The notes beneath the pieces were generated by a model. It had not been told where the DNA came from. It worked only from the letters and a program-made list of their open reading frames with translations, and ran no database searches. Positions 8,620 through 17,778 of a stretch of 27,152 nt of DNA are shown in pieces. The stretch is from an uncultured virus (IMG/VR IMGVR_UViG_3300033141_004135) (Duplodnaviria > Heunggongvirae > Uroviricota > Caudoviricetes). Every line of letters starts with the position of its first letter. Position 1 is the stretch's first letter. The position numbers were made by a program, and so were the translations under genes. The stretch lies in IMG/VR virus record IMGVR_UViG_3300033141_004135. The stretch is one strand, 5' to 3'.

Positions 8620-8774
8620 CCTTTCATCTCCAGCATTTTTTCTTGGAGATAATCCATTCTTTTTTCGAGATCGATTATTCTCTCCTCTAAGAGATGTATT
8701 TCTGTTTTAATTTCGTCGATTTTATCGTCCATTAGATGAACGATGAATTCAAACCTATCTAGATTTTTATCCAT
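8616..8774 (-). CDS. Small coiled-coil protein, 52 aa
   Basis: MDKNLDRFEFIVHLMDDKIDEIKTEIHLLEERIIDLEKRMDYLQEKMLEMKG; heptad pattern. Confidence 0.65.
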   Translation of the reverse strand: MDKNLDRFEFIVHLMDDKIDEIKTEIHLLEERIIDLEKRMDYLQEKMLEMKG

Positions 8775-8783
8775 ATAGAATCA

Positions 8784-9116
8784 TCATAGCGGAATTTTTT
8801 TGTAGATCACATCACATTTCTTACAATAAATGATCCTATGTGGATCTGAGACATACATATCTATGGTGTTTAAATTAGTATTACATTTAGGGCATTTTAG
8901 AAATCCAACAATCTTTTTCTTATAGAAACAATAACAGCATACATCTTCATGATCTTCATGAAGAATATTATTTTTCTTGAGTTTATTGATTATCTCCACA
9001 TAAGAAGGATCTAGTTCAGCATAGCAATACTTACAGATTCCGAGTTTTTTTCCGAAATCTTTTTTAGGGAAAAAGAAATACTGAGTAAATGATTTATCAA
9101 CTTTTTGGATTTTCAT
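8784..9116 (-). CDS. Zinc-finger family 1 paralog (1/9)
   Basis: YFF..CKYC..LDPSY..II.KL..CCYC..GFLKCPKC..CKKC..YK. Confidence 0.88.
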   Translation of the reverse strand: MKIQKVDKSFTQYFFFPKKDFGKKLGICKYCYAELDPSYVEIINKLKKNNILHEDHEDVCCYCFYKKKIVGFLKCPKCNTNLNTIDMYVSDPHRIIYCKKCDVIYKKIPL

Positions 9117-9135
9117 GTATAATCATCTTTTTTTT

Positions 9136-9471
9136 TTAGATTTCCTTATATATCTTAACACATAAACCGCAACATATTAGTTTAGTTGTCTCTTCAGACG
9201 TAATCCTAATAGTCATTATTCTTAAGGTTGAATTACATTTTGGACATTTTAGAAATCCAAGATGTGTTTTTATGAATGCACAGTCGCAACACATTTCTTC
9301 ATATTCTGGATGGAGAATGCCTTGCTTTCTCATTCTTTTTATTATTTCCGTATATTTAGGATCTAACTTGTTTGAGCAATATTTACAATTATCTGTTTTG
9401 TTTCCAAAATTTGGATTATTAGAAGAAAAGAAATATTGCTCATATGGTTTTCTAAATTTAGAAATCTTCAT
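9136..9471 (-). CDS. Zinc-finger family 1 paralog (2/9)
   Basis: CKYC, LDPKY, CCDC, GFLKCPKC, CGLC. Confidence 0.88.
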   Translation of the reverse strand: MKISKFRKPYEQYFFSSNNPNFGNKTDNCKYCSNKLDPKYTEIIKRMRKQGILHPEYEEMCCDCAFIKTHLGFLKCPKCNSTLRIMTIRITSEETTKLICCGLCVKIYKEI

Positions 9472-9492
9472 TTTAAACTCACCTTATTTTTT

Positions 9493-9837
9493 TTATTTTT
9501 GATCCTTATTTACCATAATTCTTTTATATACTTTCCCACATAATACACAAAAAATCACCATATTTGAATTTACATCCTCTAAGATGGTGATTTCTCCATC
9601 ACATTTAATACATCTAAAGAATCCTAATTCTTTTTTCAATGTGAAGCAAAGACAACACATGTCTACATATTCTTCCGATAGAAGATTGGTGGTTTTTAGT
9701 TTCCTTATTATCATTGAATAGTAAGGATCCAATTCGATTCCACAATACTTACATTTATTATACACATATTCTTCGTAGTCTCTATCGGGGAAGAAGTAAA
9801 ATTGATTAAAATTTTTATATACTCTCGTGATTCTCAT
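9493..9837 (-). CDS. Zinc-finger family 1 paralog (3/9)
   Basis: CKYC, LDPYY, CCLC, GFFRCIKC, CVLC. Confidence 0.88.
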   Translation of the reverse strand: MRITRVYKNFNQFYFFPDRDYEEYVYNKCKYCGIELDPYYSMIIRKLKTTNLLSEEYVDMCCLCFTLKKELGFFRCIKCDGEITILEDVNSNMVIFCVLCGKVYKRIMVNKDQK

Positions 9838-10189
9838 CTAACATTCCTCCTAATTTAATTGTAAATTCTTTATATATTATACAGCAGTTATAACAATAAA
9901 TGACTCGACATGAAGGTCTTTCCTTTATATCATTCATACTAAGAAGGTTATTACATTTCGGACATCTCGTGAACCCGATCATGTCTTCTATGTAAGAACA
10001 GAAACAGCATAAACTTCTATGATCGGGGTGGAGGATGTTCGTCTTTCTTAGTTTATTTATTATCTCTGCGTAGCAAGGATCCATGAACCCATGACATGAT
10101 TCGCAGAAATCATTTCTCTCTCTAAATTCTTTTTTATCTGTTCTAAAAAAGAATTGTGTAAATGGTGTTGTTTCTTTTCTGATTATCAT
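9815..10189 (-). CDS. Zinc-finger family 1 paralog (4/9)
   Basis: CESC, MDPCY, CCFC, GFTRCPKC, CYNC. Confidence 0.88.
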   Translation of the reverse strand: MIIRKETTPFTQFFFRTDKKEFRERNDFCESCHGFMDPCYAEIINKLRKTNILHPDHRSLCCFCSYIEDMIGFTRCPKCNNLLSMNDIKERPSCRVIYCYNCCIIYKEFTIKLGGMLDENHESI

Positions 10190-10437
10190 TATAAAAACCC
10201 CTTTCCAACTTTCATGAGAGAATGACAGATACAGCAGAGCTGTTCATAGTTATCATCTAGGAGGTTTTTTTCTCTTAGACTATTTATTATTTTTACGTAT
10301 TGATCATCTAGAGGCAACCCGCATTTTTCACATGTCGAACATTCATCATATTTAAATTCATTAGATCCTCTCGAAGAGAGGAAAAAATAGAACTTAAAAA
10401 TACCTTCTTCTTTTTTACTTATGAACATCATCTTCAC
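10189..10437 (-). CDS. Zinc-finger family 1 paralog (5/9; first domain only)
   Basis: CEKC, LDDQY, CCIC; lacks the C-terminal zinc ribbon. Confidence 0.85.
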   Translation of the reverse strand: MKMMFISKKEEGIFKFYFFLSSRGSNEFKYDECSTCEKCGLPLDDQYVKIINSLREKNLLDDNYEQLCCICHSLMKVGKGFL

Positions 10438-10783
10438 TTCTTATTTCTTTCAATACTTTTTCACATTTTGAGCAGTAAACGATTACTTGTGGTTTATCTC
10501 TTAATATTATTGAATATAGATCTGTTCTGTTTCCACAAATCGGGCATTTATCCATCTTTATTGTATTTACCAGATAATAACATTCGCAGCATAATTTTTT
10601 ATAATCTTCCGTTAAAAGCCCGAATTCCGACAATTTCTTAACCACATAGGTAAATCCTCTCGACGATAGCACCATTCCACAGTTATCGCATTTTATTAGT
10701 TTTTCCATCGGTTTTTGATATGATGTAGAATAATACTTTATATTACTTTCGTTTTCAGTAAAAAATATTTTAATATCCATCAT
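10415..10783 (-). CDS. Zinc-finger family 1 paralog (6/9)
   Basis: CDNC, LLTEDYKKLCCEC, CPIC, CSKC. Confidence 0.85.
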   Translation of the reverse strand: MMDIKIFFTENESNIKYYSTSYQKPMEKLIKCDNCGMVLSSRGFTYVVKKLSEFGLLTEDYKKLCCECYYLVNTIKMDKCPICGNRTDLYSIILRDKPQVIVYCSKCEKVLKEIRSEDDVHK

Positions 10784-10796
10784 CTCGTTTGTTTGA

Positions 10797-11153
10797 TTAA
10801 ATATTTAACATGCTGCGATAAAGAGCCACAGCACAAGGTTTACAATAATAAGATGAGCCGATCTTGATTGCATCCTCAAGTTTTATCGTTTTTTGACAAT
10901 TTTTAATGCTGCAGTTGACTATTTTTTTACTTTCGGTGTGATATATATACATGCAATCACAACAGATTGATTTAAATTTTTCATGTAATAATGATTTTTC
11001 TCTCAGCTTGTTTATTAAGTAAGAATAAACAGTAGAAAGTTCTTTTTTGCAGTAATAACATCGTTCTTGAATTTTGATTCTACAACTTTTATCCGCAAAA
11101 TAGAAAAAATATCTCATGTCACCAAACGGTTCTACTTTTATGATTTTCATCAT
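10797..11153 (-). CDS. Zinc-finger family 1 paralog (7/9; different C-terminal finger)
   Basis: CYYC, CCDC, then CSIKNC...YYCKPC. Confidence 0.85.
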   Translation of the reverse strand: MMKIIKVEPFGDMRYFFYFADKSCRIKIQERCYYCKKELSTVYSYLINKLREKSLLHEKFKSICCDCMYIYHTESKKIVNCSIKNCQKTIKLEDAIKIGSSYYCKPCAVALYRSMLNI

Positions 11154-11476
11154 TCAACCATATCTTTTTTATATACCTTTCTGCATGAAATACAGTAAAA
11201 TGTTATATATGAATCTTCAACTATGGCATGGATTATGTCGCCACATTCTTTACATTTACTGAACCCTAATTCTTCCTTCACAAAGTAGCAATAACAACAT
11301 AATTCATCATAATCTTGATGGAGAAGTTCTCTTTTTCTCAATCTTTCTATCACTCCAGAATAATAATGAGATAGCAGCGAACCACAAGATTCGCAGCGTT
11401 TTGGCTTTACTGCAAAGTTTTCGTCGGCTTCGAATAAATATGTGTGCCACATGTCTTCTTTTTTTGTTATATTCAT
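11150..11476 (-). CDS. Zinc-finger family 1 paralog (8/9)
   Basis: CESC, CCYC, GFSKCKEC, CISC; start placed at MNITKK (ATGA overlap) to match the paralogs. Confidence 0.85.
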   Translation of the reverse strand: MNITKKEDMWHTYLFEADENFAVKPKRCESCGSLLSHYYSGVIERLRKRELLHQDYDELCCYCYFVKEELGFSKCKECGDIIHAIVEDSYITFYCISCRKVYKKDMVE

Positions 11477-11829
11477 TGTAATATGATCTCTTTGTATGTT
11501 TTCCAGCATTTAAAACATTTTATTTCGACGTGTTCGATACCATTCTTATATCTATAAAAATTGCGGAGTAATTCTCCACAATCCTTGCATCTGATGAATC
11601 CTAACTCGTTTAGGATTATCGAACAATTACAGCATGTTGGTTTGAAAGAGCCAGATAATAAGCCGTTCTTATTCAATCTCTTAATGATATATGAATATAC
11701 TGGCTCTAAGAATTTATTACAATAACTACATCTTCCGATGTCGCAAGAATCCAAATTACTTTGGATTAAAAAAAACGAAAAATTATTTCGGTTAACTTTT
11801 GAGATTTTAATAGCCATTACATTCACCAC
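11473..11829 (-). CDS. Zinc-finger family 1 paralog (9/9)
   Basis: CSYC, LEPVY, CCNC, GFIRCKDC, CFKC. Confidence 0.85.
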   Translation of the reverse strand: MVNVMAIKISKVNRNNFSFFLIQSNLDSCDIGRCSYCNKFLEPVYSYIIKRLNKNGLLSGSFKPTCCNCSIILNELGFIRCKDCGELLRNFYRYKNGIEHVEIKCFKCWKTYKEIILQ

Positions 11830-11853
11830 ATGTAATAATAAAAAAAAATGAAG

Positions 11854-12939
11854 TTAATTATTATTTACCCACTTAAAGCATTTATTTAGCTGGCTTAATA
11901 TTACTTCTGGCTTTACTAAATCAAATACTTTAAGTGCGTTTTTTATTTTTTCATGTTCTGTTCTCTCTTTCTTAGGGATGGATTTAAACTCGTTATAAAC
12001 CTCTCTCATCTTCTCTTTTACAGAATTATCAATTGGGTATTTTACTTCGCCGTAATCGGGGAGCAAGTTTCTATACTTATTGTCTTCTCTATAGCCTATT
12101 TTTCTCCAACCAGAGACATCGATTAGCCAGGAATTATTGTCATTCATGTAATCCAAATGTCCAGAATGTCTGGGAGCTATGGTCGGTATTCCAGAGAGCA
12201 TTGCTTCGGTACAAGGACCTGACCAAGCTTCGCCTAGATCTGTGGTTATGTAAGCGTCGACTGATCTATATAGATACGACATGTCTGGCAATTTCTCGTC
12301 TAAGAGATAGATGTTTTTTGAAGGTTTTAGAGAGTTGAACCACAACGGCAAGCAAGTGTCGGGAGAGTAAGTTTTTACTATTAGAGCGACATTCCTTTCG
12401 TCGCCGAATTCTTCCGTGAAGTTTTTTATTAGGCATTCTAGATTTTTCCTAACATCGATTCTCCCGATCGTTAGAAACTTGAACGTTTCATCTTTTATGT
12501 TTTCGAATTTAAGCGATTTACCTTTGGGTGAGAACTCGTCCTTAAAGAACGGGAAGTTCACCTTAAAAACCTTTTTCTTATTTGAAACTACGGATTTATA
12601 TGCTCTGGTGCTGAAGCTTGAAAGTCCAATAACAAAATCAGCCATTTCGAGGTTCTGAATCTGGTCGTAAGGTGGCGTTTTTAACTCTGTACAAGTACAG
12701 AATCCAGTTTTTTCTTCGTTAATTGGAGGGAATATGGGTATTAAGTTTTCAACTCTAATCGGATCATCGAGTTGAATGTCTTGGTATTCATAGAAATAAT
12801 CTTCTGGTTCTAATCGTTTTCTTACTGAAATGACTTTTACGTTGTATTCCCCAGATTCTATTAGGATTTTACAGAGTTTTCTACACCAGATTCCGTATCC
12901 AGAAACGTCGAATGTTCCACGCCATTCTATATCAATCAT
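11854..12939 (-). CDS. Glycosyltransferase, GT-B fold (GT4-like)
   Basis: SGYG N-terminus, FLTIGRIDVRKN, GEAWSGPCTEAMLSGIPTI (EX7E). Confidence 0.9.
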   Translation of the reverse strand: MIDIEWRGTFDVSGYGIWCRKLCKILIESGEYNVKVISVRKRLEPEDYFYEYQDIQLDDPIRVENLIPIFPPINEEKTGFCTCTELKTPPYDQIQNLEMADFVIGLSSFSTRAYKSVVSNKKKVFKVNFPFFKDEFSPKGKSLKFENIKDETFKFLTIGRIDVRKNLECLIKNFTEEFGDERNVALIVKTYSPDTCLPLWFNSLKPSKNIYLLDEKLPDMSYLYRSVDAYITTDLGEAWSGPCTEAMLSGIPTIAPRHSGHLDYMNDNNSWLIDVSGWRKIGYREDNKYRNLLPDYGEVKYPIDNSVKEKMREVYNEFKSIPKKERTEHEKIKNALKVFDLVKPEVILSQLNKCFKWVNNN

Positions 12940-14170
12940 ACTTTATCACCGCTTTATTTGTCTCCGTTTTTTCTAATATTTTCAATACTTTGTTTTGGAT
13001 CACCGGGATCGAGCAGTTTTCAACTACCCAAGATCTACCGTTTTTCCCCATTGTCCTCCTCTTCTGTGGATGATCTAGAAGATATTCTATTTTATCGCAG
13101 AAATCATGTATGTCGACGTAGGGACGTATTACTCCTCTATCCTCATGAGATTCCGCTATTTTTACTCCCAATCCTCTTTTCCATATTCCATCTGATTTAC
13201 CGAGTTCTGGAGTCGTAGTACAGTTAGTAGCGATGAAAGGTGTTTCACAAGCCATTGCCTCTGCTATCGGCATTCCGAATCCTTCTCCACCATGGGCAGA
13301 GATAAATATGTCTGCTAAGTTGTATAATCCTCTAAGAAACCATTTCGGAGCCCCGACATCCCATTCGATGATCTTAGTGAACCTAATGGATTTATGCGGG
13401 ATTCGTTGTGCGTGAATTTCTTTACCGATATTAAAGGTAGAGGCCGGATCGTTGATGTCTGTGTGGAGATATAACATCACATCTTTTCTCTCTCTTCCGT
13501 TTATTAGTTCGCTGAAAACACCGAGTAATATCTGTAGATTTTTCCTCCATCCTGGTCTGCCGACGAAAAGAAGCATTTGTTTATCATCGGGATTTATTAC
13601 TTTTTTAAAGCTCATCAGCTTCTTATGATCTTCCGTTCCTCTTTTTATTTTTCTAAAGCCGTCAAACGTGTTGTCGACTGTTCTGAACTCATCTGTTTGT
13701 ATGAAGGGGTACAGATAATCTTCGACAACTAATCCAGCTCCTCTGAGGAAGTCCATGGCATAATTTGACATTAAGATCGGGATGTCCATGGTTTTTACGG
13801 TATAAAGAGCTCTGATTAGATGAGGGGAGTCTTCGTGATCTATCGGGAGCCAGTGGATCCAAGGAACCTTGGATGGAACCGATCTCTTAAAGTTTATGAA
13901 GTACTGCCAATCGCCTATGCTGAAAACGAATTCTGGTGATAACTTGTCTATCATTTTGGGCACGTATTTCATGTTTCTTTCGGATTTATCTCTTCCAGAG
14001 GGCCACTTCATGTAATGTGGATAGATCTCTGGCTTTCCGAAAGAAAACCCGTTTACCATTACGTTCCATTGGTATTTATGAGAAGTTGTTTTTGTGAGGT
14101 AATCCATTAAGATGCCGTAAGAAAGAATGCTATTGGGATTATCACTGATTCCTAAAACTATTCTTTTCAT
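12932..14170 (-). CDS. Glycosyltransferase, GT-B fold (GT4-like)
   Basis: LFVGRPGWRKN, YNLADIF, GEGFGMPIAEAMACETP (EX7E). Confidence 0.93.
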   Translation of the reverse strand: MKRIVLGISDNPNSILSYGILMDYLTKTTSHKYQWNVMVNGFSFGKPEIYPHYMKWPSGRDKSERNMKYVPKMIDKLSPEFVFSIGDWQYFINFKRSVPSKVPWIHWLPIDHEDSPHLIRALYTVKTMDIPILMSNYAMDFLRGAGLVVEDYLYPFIQTDEFRTVDNTFDGFRKIKRGTEDHKKLMSFKKVINPDDKQMLLFVGRPGWRKNLQILLGVFSELINGRERKDVMLYLHTDINDPASTFNIGKEIHAQRIPHKSIRFTKIIEWDVGAPKWFLRGLYNLADIFISAHGGEGFGMPIAEAMACETPFIATNCTTTPELGKSDGIWKRGLGVKIAESHEDRGVIRPYVDIHDFCDKIEYLLDHPQKRRTMGKNGRSWVVENCSIPVIQNKVLKILEKTETNKAVIKYD

Positions 14171-14553
14171 TTATAATACAACACTTTGTTGCTGTTCTTA
14201 ATTGTAGTAGATGCGTTTCCGCATTTATTACAAACATACGTAAACTCTTTCGTCTGTTCTCTTACTTGCTTTTTAGGGTTGTTTATTTTTTCTTTCGTAT
14301 AAACGAGTTTAAGCAAGTAAATATCATCTGAATCGCAGTTAATACATTTCCCCTTATAAGGAAAACTCTTCATCTTGCTAATTTCTTCGTGTATTTTTCT
14401 AACTGATTCTTCTTCTAACATCCTAATAAAAAAAAGGATGTTTAGTTTTTTATTGTTAATTGTTCCGGTTATTTCTATCGTCTCATCGTCGAGTATTACT
14501 TTTTTAATGGTCTTAAATTCGTAATACTCTCCAGATTTTAGCTTTAACTTCAT
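14167..14553 (-). CDS. Zinc-ribbon protein
   Basis: CINCDS ... YVCNKCG. Confidence 0.75.
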   Translation of the reverse strand: MKLKLKSGEYYEFKTIKKVILDDETIEITGTINNKKLNILFFIRMLEEESVRKIHEEISKMKSFPYKGKCINCDSDDIYLLKLVYTKEKINNPKKQVREQTKEFTYVCNKCGNASTTIKNSNKVLYYK

Positions 14554-14728
14554 CTTTAATCTCCGATATTTTAACTAAAATTATAAACATTATCCAAAGA
14601 AAACATAAAATTGCTGATATTATGACGTAGAAAAAGGGATTATCTATGAAGGCTTCGATTGACAATAGTAGTATTGATACATAGAATACAACGTAAAAAT
14701 ACTCTAACTTATTTTTGTTTTCACTCAT
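14513..14728 (-). CDS. Small membrane protein (2 TM)
   Basis: Two hydrophobic segments and a basic C-terminus. Confidence 0.65.
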   Translation of the reverse strand: MSENKNKLEYFYVVFYVSILLLSIEAFIDNPFFYVIISAILCFLWIMFIILVKISEIKDEVKAKIWRVLRI

Positions 14729-15269
14729 AGTTTTTATAAGATTTTATCCCCTTGATGGGCTCACGATCCTTTAACAGTCTCTGGAATGATTTATATTCTT
14801 CGATTGAAATTCCCCCAAACATTAGTTTGATCAATGCTTGTTTGGATTCTGGGAATCTCATGTAAATATCTATTTCGTTTACTAATCTCTTGTCTGGATT
14901 AGATTCCCCGATGTATCTGGTGTTTTTTATGATTCCGAGAAATTCTTTTATTTCTCCGATTCTAATCCATATACTTTTGAGTAGTTTTCTTATTCCTTTT
15001 TCATCGTCAGATTCGGAGGATAGCGGTTCATAGAACATTTCGAATATTTTCCTATCCTCTTTTTTAATGAAAAAGGGATTTGGCGGTATTCTTAGTATTT
15101 CTCCTTTATATCCTTTGGGGTTAAGGATCTCGTTTAGAGGTGGATCTGATATTCTCCGGAATTTAATGGAATTTTCGCAGTATATGGCGAGTTTAAATAA
15201 TCGAAATAGGTATAGTTCCCATTTTTTGTATAGAGAATCGAAGAAACCATCATATATTTTTATTCTCAT
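14721..15269 (-). CDS. Hypothetical protein in the Ubl/JAB operon
   Basis: 182-aa ORF with ATGA overlap to the JAB gene. Confidence 0.8.
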   Translation of the reverse strand: MRIKIYDGFFDSLYKKWELYLFRLFKLAIYCENSIKFRRISDPPLNEILNPKGYKGEILRIPPNPFFIKKEDRKIFEMFYEPLSSESDDEKGIRKLLKSIWIRIGEIKEFLGIIKNTRYIGESNPDKRLVNEIDIYMRFPESKQALIKLMFGGISIEEYKSFQRLLKDREPIKGIKSYKNYE

Positions 15270-15700
15270 CGCACTTCTACTCCAACTTCGATCATTTTAT
15301 AGATTATCTCTTCCTTGTGGATTGGAAAGAATGATCTATTAAGAACCTTCATTCTTTTTATCATGTAGGCACTTAGTTCGTTGTCATTACCGAGTATTAA
15401 GAAGGGAATGTTCCAGATCTTCGATATGTTTTTCATGAAAAACAGATCTTTTTGAGAGGGTTCACTCCCTACTGGATGCGTGTGAAAAAGAGCAGATGGT
15501 TCGCCGTACTCTTTTATTAAATCGAACATCTCTTGAGGATCTATTTCATCGAAAGAAACAACGGTTCTCTTCTTCGGATGGAGTTCCTTCACGATCGTGT
15601 TGTTCTTAAAAAGGATCGCACAGGCTTCCATCGGATGATTAGACTCTTTTATCTGTAATAGCTCGTTTAGTACTGGAGCCGAAATCATGACTTTTATCAT
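15266..15700 (-). CDS. JAB/MPN+ (JAMM) metalloisopeptidase
   Basis: MEACAIL ... FHTHPVGSEPSQKD = E-x(n)-HxH-x(~7)-S-x2-D JAMM motif. Confidence 0.92.
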   Translation of the reverse strand: MIKVMISAPVLNELLQIKESNHPMEACAILFKNNTIVKELHPKKRTVVSFDEIDPQEMFDLIKEYGEPSALFHTHPVGSEPSQKDLFFMKNISKIWNIPFLILGNDNELSAYMIKRMKVLNRSFFPIHKEEIIYKMIEVGVEVR

Positions 15701-15701
15701 T

Positions 15702-15974
15702 TTAAACCCCCATTTTTGTTATTAAGGATAAAATGAATGTGTTTCTAGATCTCAACTCTGGATCGATGTAATACAGAAAAGGTTCATCAGAACTGAAGTC
15801 TCTTTTGATGAGTTTTATTATTTCGACATCACCTACCTTCACCGAGGATATCTCTATTTTATCGGAGAGAAAAAGAATTTTTTCTTCTTCGGTTTTTATT
15901 GATACGTAATCAGCAATATCTTCTAATATTGCCGTTTCCTTTGAAACGATCTTTACATCTTCTTCCTTTTTCAT
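15702..15974 (-). CDS. Hypothetical protein between Ubl and JAB
   Basis: 90-aa ORF, tightly packed. Confidence 0.7.
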   Translation of the reverse strand: MKKEEDVKIVSKETAILEDIADYVSIKTEEEKILFLSDKIEISSVKVGDVEIIKLIKRDFSSDEPFLYYIDPELRSRNTFILSLITKMGV

Positions 15975-15998
15975 TTATCTAACACTTTTTTTTTTATT

Positions 15999-16226
15999 TT
16001 AGTTTCCTCCGGCGAACAAAGGAAGGATTTTAACATCGTCATCTCTACCGATCTTAGTATCGATGTCGACTTTCTTCCCGTTGACAAAGTAAGCAAAAAA
16101 CTCAGAAGCTTGAGATTTTGAGATTGTCTCTGGGGAAAGAACTTCGAGTAAAAGATCGTATAGAGTGATCTTGTTTTCCTCTGTTAACCCGAGGATAGTT
16201 TCCTCAACTATTTTTTGGCTTAACAT
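15999..16226 (-). CDS. Ubiquitin-like (ThiS/MoaD/SAMP beta-grasp) protein with a GG-N C-terminus
   Basis: ITLYDLL...FVNGKKVDIDTKIGRDDDVKILPLFAGGN; GAGGT SD. Confidence 0.9.
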   Translation of the reverse strand: MLSQKIVEETILGLTEENKITLYDLLLEVLSPETISKSQASEFFAYFVNGKKVDIDTKIGRDDDVKILPLFAGGN

Positions 16227-16415
16227 TTTTTCTTACCTCTTTTTTTTTGTAAATATAAATGCTGTCATTTATTATATTTATATGAATTTTAAACATATAA
16301 ATTTTATGATATAAATGACTGTGATATTTTTTTTAATATTAAAAAAAATGATCGATTGATTTGAATGAATTTAAAACAATGATTAAAAAAAATATTTAAA
16401 TGAGCATCATAACTA

Positions 16416-16931
16416 TTAAAAAAAATGATGACAACCGTCAGAATCAATCACATATTCCTCATATACCTCATCTCCTAATACAGCGTAGTAGACAAAAGCC
16501 GCTATGTCTCTAAGTTCTGGGAATATTATCTTTGGAAGATCTGGGTTTATTTTTGTGATCTTCCTAAGAAGGGAAAGAATGTATTCACAGCCAGAACAAA
16601 AGCTTGTCAATCTACCACCGTATATGTCGTATTCTGTGTATATCTTTTTGTGATCTTTCAAACAAAAATCACATCTCTTAGTTTCTCTATGGTTTAAGCG
16701 GATTCTAGGAATATCATTGGATAAGATTAAGTCTAGGTGCAGATACCTTCTCATCGATAATAGATAAGGCACCCCTCTAATGTAAGAAGTGAAGTATCTA
16801 TAAAAATCAAAACATGAATCACAAACTGGCTCCGAAGTATACGAAGCAAACCCTTTTTGCGAGATATATCTGAAGAAATACATCTTTTTGGTATTTAAAT
16901 TACATAGACGGCAGATCATCCTCATTTTCAC
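16416..16931 (-). CDS. Zinc-finger family 2 paralog (1/7)
   Basis: CRLC..VCDSC..CDFC..FCSGC. Confidence 0.82.
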   Translation of the reverse strand: MKMRMICRLCNLNTKKMYFFRYISQKGFASYTSEPVCDSCFDFYRYFTSYIRGVPYLLSMRRYLHLDLILSNDIPRIRLNHRETKRCDFCLKDHKKIYTEYDIYGGRLTSFCSGCEYILSLLRKITKINPDLPKIIFPELRDIAAFVYYAVLGDEVYEEYVIDSDGCHHFF

Positions 16932-16943
16932 CTACTTTTTAGT

Positions 16944-17378
16944 TCATCTTTTGATCTTCCAATTTCTGAATCTTATTTCTAAGGTCCTTAAAGTAGATAA
17001 GGAAATTCCCGCAGTCGAAAACAGCGACCTCGCATCTTGATCCGATGAGATTTTTCTTTTCATCATCATGATGAACTCACCACATTCCTTACATAAGAAA
17101 TAGGTTCCAGCAAAGAAAACTGTGTAGTAGAAGGATCTTCTCCCGCATAATTTACATGGAATGCTTTTGGATTTATAAGAGAAAATTGTTTTGCTATGGT
17201 TTATCATGTCCTTAATGATAAGAAAGAGCGAGTCATCCATATCGATTTGTTTAATTCTCCTCACATAGTTAATCCCTACTTTTAATATGTCGAGACATTC
17301 GGGACATATGATCCGATCACACAGCAAGGGATATTTCTTCCAATAATTTATTTTCTTTTTACAAAGAAAGCATTCCAT
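16944..17378 (-). CDS. Zinc-finger family 2 paralog (2/7)
   Basis: CFLC..ICPEC..GINY..CKLC..LCKECGEFI. Confidence 0.87.
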   Translation of the reverse strand: MECFLCKKKINYWKKYPLLCDRIICPECLDILKVGINYVRRIKQIDMDDSLFLIIKDMINHSKTIFSYKSKSIPCKLCGRRSFYYTVFFAGTYFLCKECGEFIMMMKRKISSDQDARSLFSTAGISLSTLRTLEIRFRNWKIKR

Positions 17379-17778
17379 TTATCATCCTCTCCTTGAGTTT
17401 TAGGAGATGGTTTAAAACTTGAAGAATTGATGATGAAGATTGATCTTCCGAACTTAATAATCTATCCCTAAATCCTCGAAAAGAGTTGATGAATTCACCG
17501 CATCTCTTACAGAGATGCATTAATGAAGCGGGAGTATTTATGGTATAATATGTTGGTTTTTTCCTACAAAGAAAACAGCTAAAATCTCTTTTTTCTCTTT
17601 TGACATAAGAGTTAACAATTAACTCGTAGATTATTATGGTTCTATATTGACTTGGAATTCGTTTGAAGTAGTTTAGAGTCATCCTTACTAACGAATAACA
17701 ATCAGCACAGAATGTATTTGTCGAGTAGATGGAGTAATATGCCTTGTTGATGTTTTTCCCGCATTGATCACATTTCAT
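17359..17778 (-). CDS. Zinc-finger family 2 paralog (3/7)
   Basis: MKCDQC..FCADC..CFLC..LCKRCGEFI; start placed at MKC to match the paralogs. Confidence 0.85.
   Translation of the reverse strand: MKCDQCGKNINKAYYSIYSTNTFCADCYSLVRMTLNYFKRIPSQYRTIIIYELIVNSYVKREKRDFSCFLCRKKPTYYTINTPASLMHLCKRCGEFINSFRGFRDRLLSSEDQSSSSILQVLNHLLKLKERMINGMLSL

Noticed and set aside
16264..16319. 9-bp inverted repeat (GTCATTTAT/ATAAATGAC) upstream of the Ubl gene
   Set aside because: Short and in very AT-rich DNA; it could be an operator but is not distinguishable from chance.
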